A DNA stretch of 64,000 nt from a virus (taxonomy: Duplodnaviria > Heunggongvirae > Uroviricota > Caudoviricetes), in the IMG/VR virus record IMGVR_UViG_3300007169_000056, one strand, 5' to 3'. The notes below the pieces were generated by a model. That model had not been told where the DNA came from, did not search any database, and was given only the letters and a program-made list of their open reading frames with translations. The position numbers and the translations under genes are program-made. How positions within the stretch are numbered: the stretch's first letter is position 1; each line of letters opens with the position of its first letter. Positions 26,164-35,158 of the stretch are shown here, one piece after another.

Positions 26164-27092
26164 AACTTGTCAACATATCTCAATCCTTTGATATAATCCT
26201 CTTGGTTTTTTATTCCGTGGAATGCAAATAACCTAGACCTATCCACAGGAAAATATGAAATATTTCGTGTATACGGATCGGCATAAGCATTTGGTATTCT
26301 AATATACGCAACATTGTCTTCGGGATGTACTACAACCGATTCTGGTTCATAATTCGTTGTCAATACATACTTGACACACTCCCCCTGTCCAGTCCATACC
26401 ATCGGTCCAATAAACCGATTGTATCCATAATACCAAAGTAACGCATTGGCTGCTCCCTCGTCTGAATAATGACAAAGGTCAATGTTTCCAGTTGAATTTG
26501 GTAATACAAACGAGTCTGTGTATTCTTTACTATGAACAAAAGTGATCCAATGTTCAATAAACGATAGACACTGTTTGTTGAAAAAGAAAAATCCAGCACA
26601 CAATTCAAATGTTGACTTTCTGCTGCGGTCAATTCCGAGCATATGTAGAACTTTATCAAGAACTAACGGACGATCATCAATATAGCAGTTATCAGTAGGA
26701 TATCTGCTATACAGTGGATAGTTGGTACATTGTTGTGACCATTCGTTCAACACCAAATCAATGTTTGGTGTTGGTAACACATCCGAATCTAAATACAAAA
26801 ACTCATCATATCGGGTGTTTAATATTGCGTGTTTACAGATGTCAGGCTTGTATGTCATCAAATACAAGTTTCGTACTGATGTAGGTTTATGACCGGGAAT
26901 GTTGAAATCAATCAAATAAGGTATAGCAATATAGATAGAGTGTAGTCGTTCGTGTTTATAATCTACAGCGCCTTCTGAATAATACAAAAGAATGTCGTTG
27001 GTAGAATACTTCAACAGGTGTTCTACCAACGATTCAATCTTATTGATATACGACTGTCCTACAGCAAACAATACGTAGGCTTTCTTTTTCAT
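26157..27092 (-). CDS. glycosyltransferase-like protein (GT-A)
   Basis: YKP, FLYLDSD, CAGFFFF, SDEGAAN, FHGIK. Confidence 0.65.
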   Translation of the reverse strand: MKKKAYVLFAVGQSYINKIESLVEHLLKYSTNDILLYYSEGAVDYKHERLHSIYIAIPYLIDFNIPGHKPTSVRNLYLMTYKPDICKHAILNTRYDEFLYLDSDVLPTPNIDLVLNEWSQQCTNYPLYSRYPTDNCYIDDRPLVLDKVLHMLGIDRSRKSTFELCAGFFFFNKQCLSFIEHWITFVHSKEYTDSFVLPNSTGNIDLCHYSDEGAANALLWYYGYNRFIGPMVWTGQGECVKYVLTTNYEPESVVVHPEDNVAYIRIPNAYADPYTRNISYFPVDRSRLFAFHGIKNQEDYIKGLRYVDKFY

Positions 27093-27110
27093 CAGTATAT
27101 CAGATAGGTG

Positions 27111-27767
27111 TTATGGTTGCTTAAATGCTTCCTGTTGTGCTTTCAAGTCAACATCGGTATATGCCAACACAGCACTTTTTGTATCAGCACATGATCTGAA
27201 AGTCACAGTTGCTCGTGTAAGAGACTCCCACGAACTTTCAACACCCTTGCTATTATTTGCATATGTCAACGTTGATGCTTTATTGATACCCAACGTAGAA
27301 CCCACCGCCCAGGCATCTTGGTTACTACCAAGATAACTAAATTGCCAATTATATTTTTCAGATTGATGTTTGACCAATTCTCGGACCTTTTTATCATTGA
27401 ATTCTGTGCTAGAATTTTCGAGGCCGTCTGTAATAATCACCATCATAACCTTGTCTGGTCGATCATTCTCATTCAAATCGGACAAATGTTGACCAACACG
27501 ATTGATGGTTTTTCCAATGGCATCATACAACGCTGTCATGTTGCGTGGATACAAATTGTATTCTGGGACTTCATTAATGTCCTTGTTTTCAAATACAGAT
27601 TCATAAACGTCATCAAACTGATATACACTTACATCACATTTACCAAGATTTGCCTTCTTTTGTTCTGCAATAAATGTTCTAAACCCACCCTCCATGTCGG
27701 TCTTGATCTTTATCATGCTTCCGCTTCTATCAATAACAAACACAATTTTTGTGTAATTACTTTTCAT
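27111..27767 (-). CDS. von Willebrand factor A domain protein
   Basis: MIDAS motif DRSGSM, TALYDAIG, ITDGLENSS, YLGSNQD. Confidence 0.9.
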   Translation of the reverse strand: MKSNYTKIVFVIDRSGSMIKIKTDMEGGFRTFIAEQKKANLGKCDVSVYQFDDVYESVFENKDINEVPEYNLYPRNMTALYDAIGKTINRVGQHLSDLNENDRPDKVMMVIITDGLENSSTEFNDKKVRELVKHQSEKYNWQFSYLGSNQDAWAVGSTLGINKASTLTYANNSKGVESSWESLTRATVTFRSCADTKSAVLAYTDVDLKAQQEAFKQP

Positions 27768-27770
27768 ATC

Positions 27771-28169
27771 TTAATTTATTCCTTTTCGTTTTTTATAGTC
27801 ATCTAACGCTGCTTGCAATGCTTCATGAGCTAAAACACTACAATGAATTTTCACTGGCGGAAGACCGCCCAATGCATCTACAATTTGATCATTAGTGAAA
27901 TTTTTTTCTAATTCTTCAATGGATCGTCCTTTAATCAATTCTGTTGCCATGCTGGACGCTGCTATTGCACTACCACACCCAAATGTCTTGAATCTTGCAT
28001 CAATTACTTTATTTGTGGCTTCATCAATTTTTAGACTAATTTTCATGATATCACCACAAGCAGCGGCTCCCACTTCACCTACAGCGTCTGCGTCTTTAAG
28101 ATCGCCTAGATTACGTGGATTCATGAAATGATCCATCACTGTCTGATTGTATAGTGTATATTCGCTCAT
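27771..28169 (-). CDS. iscU: Fe-S cluster scaffold IscU/NifU-N
   Basis: DHFMNPRN, CGD, FKTFGCGSAIAASS, KIHCSVLA; all three Cys present. Confidence 0.95.
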   Translation of the reverse strand: MSEYTLYNQTVMDHFMNPRNLGDLKDADAVGEVGAAACGDIMKISLKIDEATNKVIDARFKTFGCGSAIAASSMATELIKGRSIEELEKNFTNDQIVDALGGLPPVKIHCSVLAHEALQAALDDYKKRKGIN

Positions 28170-29374
28170 AAGCCAAGTTCTTTTAAATCTGACATAACCA
28201 TTTTGGTCACCAAATTATTGAAACTGGTTTTTGGTTTCCATTGAAAATCATTTCTAAACAATGTACTATCACCCAAAAGCAATTCTACTTCGGCTGGGCG
28301 ATAAAAATTACTATTGATTTTTACCAACACAGATGAGGGAATGTCAAGTCGTATAGCATCTTCCGTAGATACAGAAAATTCCTCATTCAATCCTTCACCA
28401 TGCCATACACCATTTATTCCAGCTATTGTAAATGCTTTTTCCACAAACTCTTTAATTGTATGAGTTTCATTGCTACTCAACACATATTCCTTGATTTCTG
28501 ATTTGTCTTTTCGATAAACATCTTGGTTTAACATCATCCATACACATTCAACAAAGTCTTCGCTGTCGCTCCAATCTCTTTGTGCATATACGTTTCCCAA
28601 CTCAATTGGATGAAAAGGAATGTTATTTTTAATACAATATGCTATACGAGCTACACCTTTTGTAATTTTTCGTGTAACGAACTCTTCACCTCGTCTAGGC
28701 CCCTCATGGTTAAATAACCAACTCTGAATTGCGTATAGGTTATAACTCTCTCTATAAACCTTCACCACTTGACGGGCAGCGGCTTTGCTTGCTCCATATG
28801 GACTACGAGGACGTAGTGGATGCTTTTCGTCTTGCGGACTGTAGGCAACATTACCAAACTCCTCGGATGATCCAGCGTTATAAAACCTACAATTGGGTTT
28901 GTACTGTCGAATAGCTTCCAAAATATCTAATACAGCTGTACTATTGGTTTGCCATGTTTGGCGAGCAAAGTCCCAGCTACTTGCTACAAAACTTTGTGCA
29001 GCAAAATTAATAAAGTAGTCGGGTTTTACCTGTTCTACTAGAGCCCCAATAGAGTGGGCATCAGTAAGATCAAAATTGACCAAATTAAACCGCTTGTTTT
29101 TGATATGTGAGAGATTTTTATGATTGTACACACTCAGTCTGCGTACACCACCGAAAATCAATGCTTTGGTATTTTTCAAAAGATAGTCTACCATATAACT
29201 ACCATCTTGTCCGGTTACACCTGTTATCACAACGACTTTATTTTCAAAGTCAGTGTCAGACACAGAATTCTTTACAAATTCGTCTCTCAAAGCTCTTGCT
29301 TCCGAGATATTTAGGATGTTGGCGGTGTCAATTTTTTTACCATGTAGGGTTTCTTTAATGTTCAGTGATTCCAT
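28166..29374 (-). CDS. gmd: GDP-mannose 4,6-dehydratase
   Basis: ITGVTGQDGSY, AAQSFV, SSEEFG, PRSPYGASK, FNHE.PRRG..FVTRKI, RDW, YRPAEV. Confidence 0.95.
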   Translation of the reverse strand: MESLNIKETLHGKKIDTANILNISEARALRDEFVKNSVSDTDFENKVVVITGVTGQDGSYMVDYLLKNTKALIFGGVRRLSVYNHKNLSHIKNKRFNLVNFDLTDAHSIGALVEQVKPDYFINFAAQSFVASSWDFARQTWQTNSTAVLDILEAIRQYKPNCRFYNAGSSEEFGNVAYSPQDEKHPLRPRSPYGASKAAARQVVKVYRESYNLYAIQSWLFNHEGPRRGEEFVTRKITKGVARIAYCIKNNIPFHPIELGNVYAQRDWSDSEDFVECVWMMLNQDVYRKDKSEIKEYVLSSNETHTIKEFVEKAFTIAGINGVWHGEGLNEEFSVSTEDAIRLDIPSSVLVKINSNFYRPAEVELLLGDSTLFRNDFQWKPKTSFNNLVTKMVMSDLKELGL

Positions 29375-29421
29375 ATTAAAATAACGTTTGTGTGTACCGT
29401 TTCCAATACATATATACGGTT

Positions 29422-29781
29422 ATGAAAGAAGAATTATTCTATTTACTTTTGACAAGCGATTCGTTTTATACGGATGTAATAAAAACGTTTCCGGGGTTGT
29501 ATTCGTTTGTGACATCTTTAAAGCAAAATGCTTCCCGTGAACATGTTGAAAAATGTAAAAACAGAATTTGGAATTTTTATGAGTCGAGTGAACCGTTCAA
29601 AAATTTGTTTTCAATTCATTACTCATCCAATAATTCTCCAAGAGTAGACGGACGTGTATTTGAAGTCAAAGACTCTTATGAGTATACACGTCTTATTCTG
29701 CGTTCTAAAAGCGAAAATTGGATCTACACAGGACTTAGTGTAGTTGAAACGGGTGACAAAATAAAAGTGTACTTCTATTAA
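29422..29781 (+). CDS. hypothetical protein
   Basis: ATG at 29422; lone + strand gene. Confidence 0.55.
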   Translation: MKEELFYLLLTSDSFYTDVIKTFPGLYSFVTSLKQNASREHVEKCKNRIWNFYESSEPFKNLFSIHYSSNNSPRVDGRVFEVKDSYEYTRLILRSKSENWIYTGLSVVETGDKIKVYFY

Positions 29782-30278
29782 AATTCGTCTTCGTCGTCTT
29801 CATCGTCTGTATCATCTACATCTTCATGTCTCATATGATACTTCTTGAAATCAGAATCTTTTAGTCCAAGTCCGTTTACAATCTGTACAATCAAAAAACA
29901 CTTTTCTTCTGTTGTTGATTTTTGTTCCAATATTTTTTGAACAATTAGAGTGGCAAACAACGCAAGTTTTGCTTTTTTCTTTTCATCCAACGAAAACTTT
30001 TTGACTGATCCGTTTTGTTGCGATGAAACAGGTTGTTTACTTTCTGTGTTTTTAACTGTTTGATTGTATATAATCCCCGGAATTTTGTTGTTATGCAATG
30101 CAAGCTGAGTGTCACGAAGTATTTGTTTTTTCAAATGTTCTTGAAACTCTTTAGAATCTTCTGACAAATTTAGTTGTTGTGCTAACTTTTTTACTTGATC
30201 CTGACTAATTTTCTTTGCTATTGAAAAACTAGACATGATGCCATGTTCCGAAAGAATATGTGTACTTGATGGATTCAT
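29778..30278 (-). CDS. hypothetical protein with acidic C-terminus
   Basis: ORF track. Confidence 0.65.
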   Translation of the reverse strand: MNPSSTHILSEHGIMSSFSIAKKISQDQVKKLAQQLNLSEDSKEFQEHLKKQILRDTQLALHNNKIPGIIYNQTVKNTESKQPVSSQQNGSVKKFSLDEKKKAKLALFATLIVQKILEQKSTTEEKCFLIVQIVNGLGLKDSDFKKYHMRHEDVDDTDDEDDEDEF

Positions 30279-30293
30279 CGGGTATAAATATGA

Positions 30294-31019
30294 TTAAAAT
30301 CTCGTTGAAAACAATTGTTTTGATCCTTGAATTATATCTGGATCAAATTGTTTGGTTCCTCTCTTTATAAATCCTTTTCCAGCTACAAATGTGCAGTTAT
30401 AACACAACAATTTGATATTTTCCAACTTATGATTTTTTGAATTACCATCTTCAAAGTTAATCAACAAAGGAATTTTTCCGTCTGTAATACGGCGTTCTTT
30501 ATATCCACACATTTCACAACATGCTTCTTTAATTTTGGAACGAATAAGTTTGTCTTTTAATCTAAAAACAGGATAGTCTGGGTGTTTTCCGTCAAGAACT
30601 TCACTAATTGGATATTTCCCACTATCAGGATCTACGTTTTTCTTTATGCCTCTGTTAAATTGATTCAACAATGTGTGAATACCATACAGTCTTGCATATT
30701 TTCTGTATGTAAGATAGTTTACTCCCAATTTTCTTGCTGCCTCTCTAGCACTTTTCGACACAGACTGGGCAGCTTCAATTTCAGATTGTAGTAAAGGTCG
30801 AGTTCCTTTGCCTCGTTTTAACTTTACTTTCAATGAGTCTTGTTTGTCACGAAGATATGGTACACCCAGTCTTTCTGCAATTTCACGTTCTTTTTCTCGT
30901 TGAATTTCTTCAACGACAGACTCTCCCAATCCTTGTAACTGTTTTATTTCTCGTACTTCATTTTTTAGCTTCTCTATTTCATCAAGAATGCTCTTTGGTA
31001 ATTGTTCTGGAATATCCAT
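30294..31019 (-). CDS. HTH plus degenerate HNH-like zinc-binding protein
   Basis: SAREAARKLGVNYLTYRKYA HTH; CEMCG..IPLLINFEDGN..LENIKLLCYNC. Confidence 0.65.
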   Translation of the reverse strand: MDIPEQLPKSILDEIEKLKNEVREIKQLQGLGESVVEEIQREKEREIAERLGVPYLRDKQDSLKVKLKRGKGTRPLLQSEIEAAQSVSKSAREAARKLGVNYLTYRKYARLYGIHTLLNQFNRGIKKNVDPDSGKYPISEVLDGKHPDYPVFRLKDKLIRSKIKEACCEMCGYKERRITDGKIPLLINFEDGNSKNHKLENIKLLCYNCTFVAGKGFIKRGTKQFDPDIIQGSKQLFSTRF

Positions 31020-31020
31020 A

Positions 31021-31332
31021 TTATTTTGAACAAGTTGGTTCTTCTTTTAGATCTACTCCGCTATCTTGTCTGAATTTGGTCCTCAAATTTTCTGCCTGTT
31101 TATGTAAACCACTGTTGGTGAGGACTATATATGTATTGTATACCTTTTCCTTTGCGTTTTTTCTGTCATATTTTGCTATCATGAAAGGTGGCAAAAATAA
31201 GTTTTGTTCTGTTTTCTTTTTGAGTTCTACTACCCTAGTACACGCTTCCATAAATGGATCATCGAAAAAATTTTCGATTTCCATATTGTATATTTCCTTG
31301 GCAGAATTAACTGTTATTTTGTGGTTTTTCAT
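31021..31332 (-). CDS. hypothetical protein
   Basis: ORF track. Confidence 0.65.
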   Translation of the reverse strand: MKNHKITVNSAKEIYNMEIENFFDDPFMEACTRVVELKKKTEQNLFLPPFMIAKYDRKNAKEKVYNTYIVLTNSGLHKQAENLRTKFRQDSGVDLKEEPTCSK

Positions 31333-32938
31333 ATTTTAGATCACCATCGTTTAACAGATCCATGTTTTTCAGTTTTTGATTTACACTGTCACAGACCTTT
31401 TCTTCCACAGTTTTTGCAACAAACACAATTTTTTGAATGCTTTTGCTTTTTGCGCTATCACGCCAAACTCTACCTGTTGCCTGTCTCATTAACACAGCAG
31501 AGTACGATGGTGAGATGATAGCTATACGTGGATATTTGCCGTTGATATCATGTAACGACAATCCGGCGCCGCCGGCCGCAATGTTGACAAGAATTACTCG
31601 TTCTTTGTCGGATTGAAAATCATCTATATTTTTCTGACGATCAACATCAGATACTTGTCCATTGACAATACATTTTGTATTTAGTCGATTAGACAACGCT
31701 GAAATGGTTTCTGTAAAATTCAAAAATACTACAACACTCATTCCGTTTTCAAGAGACTCTTCGATCATCTCAACAAACAAAGGAACTTTAACCAATTCAA
31801 CTTTTTGTCTTGCTCGCAATATAGCGGTCAACTCATTTATTCCGTCTTTTTGCTCTTTCTTTACTTTTTTACTCAACTTTGCCAATTCAACTTCCATTTC
31901 GTCATAAATCTCGTTGATTTTGTTTTGAGCATCTTCTTCCATGTCATAACAATCCGCAATAATTTGTGACTCTGGGAAATTTGGAATCGTGTCTCTTGTA
32001 AGACGAGACCCACGGTCAACAAAAATATCTTTGTTGAGTTTCTTCAATACATCAGGGTTGCCATTGAATTGAAGACCAAATCGTCCTTTGTTGACACCGT
32101 GTTTGTAGAGCCAGCTATAATATTGTCTGTTGTTCTCAAACAGTTTAAGAGCCATACCCACAGTTCTCAATTCCAGTGGATTGGTAGCATTTGTAGCGCT
32201 GCAAAACAACATTTTGTATCCAGCTTTTAGTGCTTCAAGACAAACTTTACTGTTTTGTGTACTGGCGCCTTTTAACTTTTGACTTTCATCCCAAACAATC
32301 AACGTAGACTTTGGAATCTTCCATTTAAACTCTTCAACATGAGTCTTTTTATTTTTAACATACGACGCAATCAATGAATCGGACTTACCCATACGAAGAC
32401 GTTCATAGTTTATGATACCAATCAGTTTGCCTTTCATCTTGAAATGGTTCACTATAACCCGCCTCCAACTTTCCATAACCGCTTTTGGACACACAATCAA
32501 TATGTCCATATCTAACTCACGGGCAACACCGCATGCGACGTATGTTTTACCTATGCCTACATCACTACCATCAATTGCACACCCCCACTTATTTATAACT
32601 GAACACAATTTTGATACGCTGGTAACCTGCCATGGTCTCAGACCATTTTCATTTTTGACAGTATACGGCTTTAATACAACTTCTTCTGGTTCTTTTGTGG
32701 TTTGTGGTTTTTGTTCTTTAAATGCCTGTTTTGACAACTGTGTTTCAGTCAAAAACCAATCGTTGTCCTTTTTTTGGACACCATATCCTTTGTCTTTGAG
32801 CTTGAAACTGTTGCTCTTCCAGTAAATAAAAAATGCAGAACGATACTGGGTTGGGATCAACCACTCACGTCTCCACAGTATTTTGTCACCGTCTTTTTGT
32901 TCAAACGGTTCGCCCCACTTGATATCCAGATTTATCAT
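31307..32938 (-). CDS. superfamily 2 helicase (SNF2/DEXD-like)
   Basis: LRPWQ, DVGIGKT, IVWDESQ, SATN, AGGAGLSL, QATGRVWR. Confidence 0.9.
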   Translation of the reverse strand: MINLDIKWGEPFEQKDGDKILWRREWLIPTQYRSAFFIYWKSNSFKLKDKGYGVQKKDNDWFLTETQLSKQAFKEQKPQTTKEPEEVVLKPYTVKNENGLRPWQVTSVSKLCSVINKWGCAIDGSDVGIGKTYVACGVARELDMDILIVCPKAVMESWRRVIVNHFKMKGKLIGIINYERLRMGKSDSLIASYVKNKKTHVEEFKWKIPKSTLIVWDESQKLKGASTQNSKVCLEALKAGYKMLFCSATNATNPLELRTVGMALKLFENNRQYYSWLYKHGVNKGRFGLQFNGNPDVLKKLNKDIFVDRGSRLTRDTIPNFPESQIIADCYDMEEDAQNKINEIYDEMEVELAKLSKKVKKEQKDGINELTAILRARQKVELVKVPLFVEMIEESLENGMSVVVFLNFTETISALSNRLNTKCIVNGQVSDVDRQKNIDDFQSDKERVILVNIAAGGAGLSLHDINGKYPRIAIISPSYSAVLMRQATGRVWRDSAKSKSIQKIVFVAKTVEEKVCDSVNQKLKNMDLLNDGDLKYEKPQNNS

Positions 32939-32940
32939 TA

Positions 32941-33243
32941 TCAATGACCCATTTCATTAATGTACTTAGCATGATGTGCAGCTTCATGGATGTTACAACG
33001 AACACACGCTCCATTAGGTTTAACAACTCCAATTTCAAGTTGTTCGGCCATAGATTCTGTAAATGTTCGTCCCAATGAGTCGTCGGCTCCATATCCTAAG
33101 TCAATAAGGTTCTGCATATATTGTTTTCGTGTCATATTGAACTTATATTGTACGACTCTTTCCAAAGTGTTGACCACTTCGGGTACGGAATTAAAAATGG
33201 CAGGTTTGTTAGAAACTTGACGATCTAGTATATAATATTTCAT
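32941..33243 (-). CDS. hypothetical protein
   Basis: ORF track. Confidence 0.65.
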   Translation of the reverse strand: MKYYILDRQVSNKPAIFNSVPEVVNTLERVVQYKFNMTRKQYMQNLIDLGYGADDSLGRTFTESMAEQLEIGVVKPNGACVRCNIHEAAHHAKYINEMGH

Positions 33244-33265
33244 ATGTGATAACTAATATACGCAT

Positions 33266-33304
33266 AAAAACAAACGTTAATATATTTCGTTAACGTTTGT
33301 TTTT
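33266..33304. terminator. 15-bp perfect inverted repeat (terminator-like)
   Basis: AAAAACAAACGTTAA-TATATTTCG-TTAACGTTTGTTTTT. Confidence 0.7.
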
Positions 33305-33343
33305 CAAGACAATAACATCAAAAAGATGCTTTTACAACTTAAT

Positions 33344-34285
33344 TTACTTCCAACGTAGTTCTCGTTTGATATCATCAACGATCTGTTTGTCAGAGTCATT
33401 CATGTTTTTAGAAAGTTTATCAAGCAACGAATTTAATGTTGGATTTTGTTCCGACTTGTCTGTTTTGATTTCCTGAACCGAATCAATAATCTTGTACAAT
33501 GCGTTTTTATATGAATTGTGTTTTGTTTCGTCTACCAACTTAGACATACTAATAGAGTTGGGCATGAGTCCGCGTATTAGATTTAGTATGACGCTTCCGA
33601 TCATATCAAAAAACATAAATGCGGCTTTGGCAATAGGATTGGTATTTGACAATATACGAAGAACCAAAAATATGATACCAAAAATCAATATGAACAACAA
33701 ACAACTTGCAACAAACTTTTTGAGTCCATAAATAACACCACCAAGACCAAAGAAACTATTGACTCTATCTACTGTGGTTTTATATTCATCGGCAGTTTTC
33801 GCTACTGTTTCTGCTGTTTTTTTTAGTTCGTCGTTTTTCTCACTCAGTTCTTTTTTCAATCTTTCTGTTTCTTGTTGGACACCCAAAATCTCTTTATCTT
33901 TTTCAGATAACATCTTTTTACCACGCTTTTGTTCTTCTTCAAGTTGTGAAGTGAGATCGTCTACAATCTGTTTCATACGGGCCAATTCGTCAACATTGGG
34001 GGTGCCCACTATGCTTGTAGTTCTGTTATTGAGTTCTTTTGCTACAGACACCGTTACGGGTGGATTGGTCACTTTAGACAACGCATAATCTACGCCAGCG
34101 GCTGTAGATCTAACCTGATTAAGTTTTTCCTTCGTGTTGAGTGACAAAGCGTCTTTAGCTTCTTGAACCTGTTGTTGTGCTGTATTAACTTTGTCGGTGT
34201 TTGGATTTGTCTTTTTCCACCATGATGCACACCCAGACAATAATAATGCTATGACCAATATAGGTATAACTATGTGTTTTTTCAT
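33344..34285 (-). CDS. lipoprotein with coiled coil and C-proximal transmembrane segment (spanin-like)
   Basis: Lipobox LLSGC; heptad region; FILIFGIIFLVL transmembrane segment. Confidence 0.6.
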   Translation of the reverse strand: MKKHIVIPILVIALLLSGCASWWKKTNPNTDKVNTAQQQVQEAKDALSLNTKEKLNQVRSTAAGVDYALSKVTNPPVTVSVAKELNNRTTSIVGTPNVDELARMKQIVDDLTSQLEEEQKRGKKMLSEKDKEILGVQQETERLKKELSEKNDELKKTAETVAKTADEYKTTVDRVNSFFGLGGVIYGLKKFVASCLLFILIFGIIFLVLRILSNTNPIAKAAFMFFDMIGSVILNLIRGLMPNSISMSKLVDETKHNSYKNALYKIIDSVQEIKTDKSEQNPTLNSLLDKLSKNMNDSDKQIVDDIKRELRWK

Positions 34286-34830
34286 AAATTCCTTTCTGTT
34301 TGACCTTTTGTAACTTGAAAATATTGAATCATTCGATTGATAATGTTGTCAGCAATATTTTCATACCAATCGTCTGGTTTATATTCTGTCGTACTGATAC
34401 CTTGATGTGTAGAAATCAAATCTCCTTTTTCGAATTGTTGTTGTAAAAATTGAGTGAGATCTTTTTTTAACTCATCTCTATTTTTTACAGAAAATACTTC
34501 TTGAAGAGTTTCTTTATAACTGACTCTTACTGGCTTACGACCGGTCGATCCTCCACCTTTTTTACCATGTCCCGATTTTCTCTGAGCCGCTAATTTCCTA
34601 CGAACCCAGTTAGCAATAGCTTTTCTACCACCTTTTGCTCTCAAACGAGCAGCATATTTATTACCAAGACAAGCAGCATATGGTTGTCCTTTTTTACGAG
34701 ATCCGCACGCACCAATTGACTTTCCGGATGTATTAAAAGCTTTCCAATTGCCCTTTGGGTGAGTTTTACTAAACCATTGTTTCAAATCTTCATCTAGTTG
34801 AAGTGTTTTTATCAACAATTGTTCTTCCAT
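34282..34830 (-). CDS. hypothetical basic protein, probable capsid-internal protein
   Basis: DEDLKQWF..W..G.CG..C..RRK motif shared by T4-like head proteins. Confidence 0.6.
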   Translation of the reverse strand: MEEQLLIKTLQLDEDLKQWFSKTHPKGNWKAFNTSGKSIGACGSRKKGQPYAACLGNKYAARLRAKGGRKAIANWVRRKLAAQRKSGHGKKGGGSTGRKPVRVSYKETLQEVFSVKNRDELKKDLTQFLQQQFEKGDLISTHQGISTTEYKPDDWYENIADNIINRMIQYFQVTKGQTERNL

Positions 34831-34831
34831 A

Positions 34832-35158
34832 TTATCCTTTCAACAAAGTTTTGCAATGCGAATCAGTTACTTCGGTATGTGACGGCATTCCCATTTTGTT
34901 TTTCAACATGTTCAATGCTGCTCTAGGATGCATTCTTCCAAAATTAAATCCCAAAATTCCATGTTTTTGACAGAATTTTTCTAAAGCATCAATGTCTTCC
35001 TGTGGAAATGATTGTTGTGGAGGAATTTGTGTATCTTCTCCACCTTGTTTTCTACGAACCAACATTTGATGTATAGGATCGTTTTGCGTGGCTGATATTT
35101 CACGCGCCCCAGCCATCATATTCATCATTGCTCCAAAGTTTTGTGTGTTAAAATTCAT
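34832..35158 (-). CDS. hypothetical protein
   Basis: ORF track. Confidence 0.6.
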   Translation of the reverse strand: MNFNTQNFGAMMNMMAGAREISATQNDPIHQMLVRRKQGGEDTQIPPQQSFPQEDIDALEKFCQKHGILGFNFGRMHPRAALNMLKNKMGMPSHTEVTDSHCKTLLKG

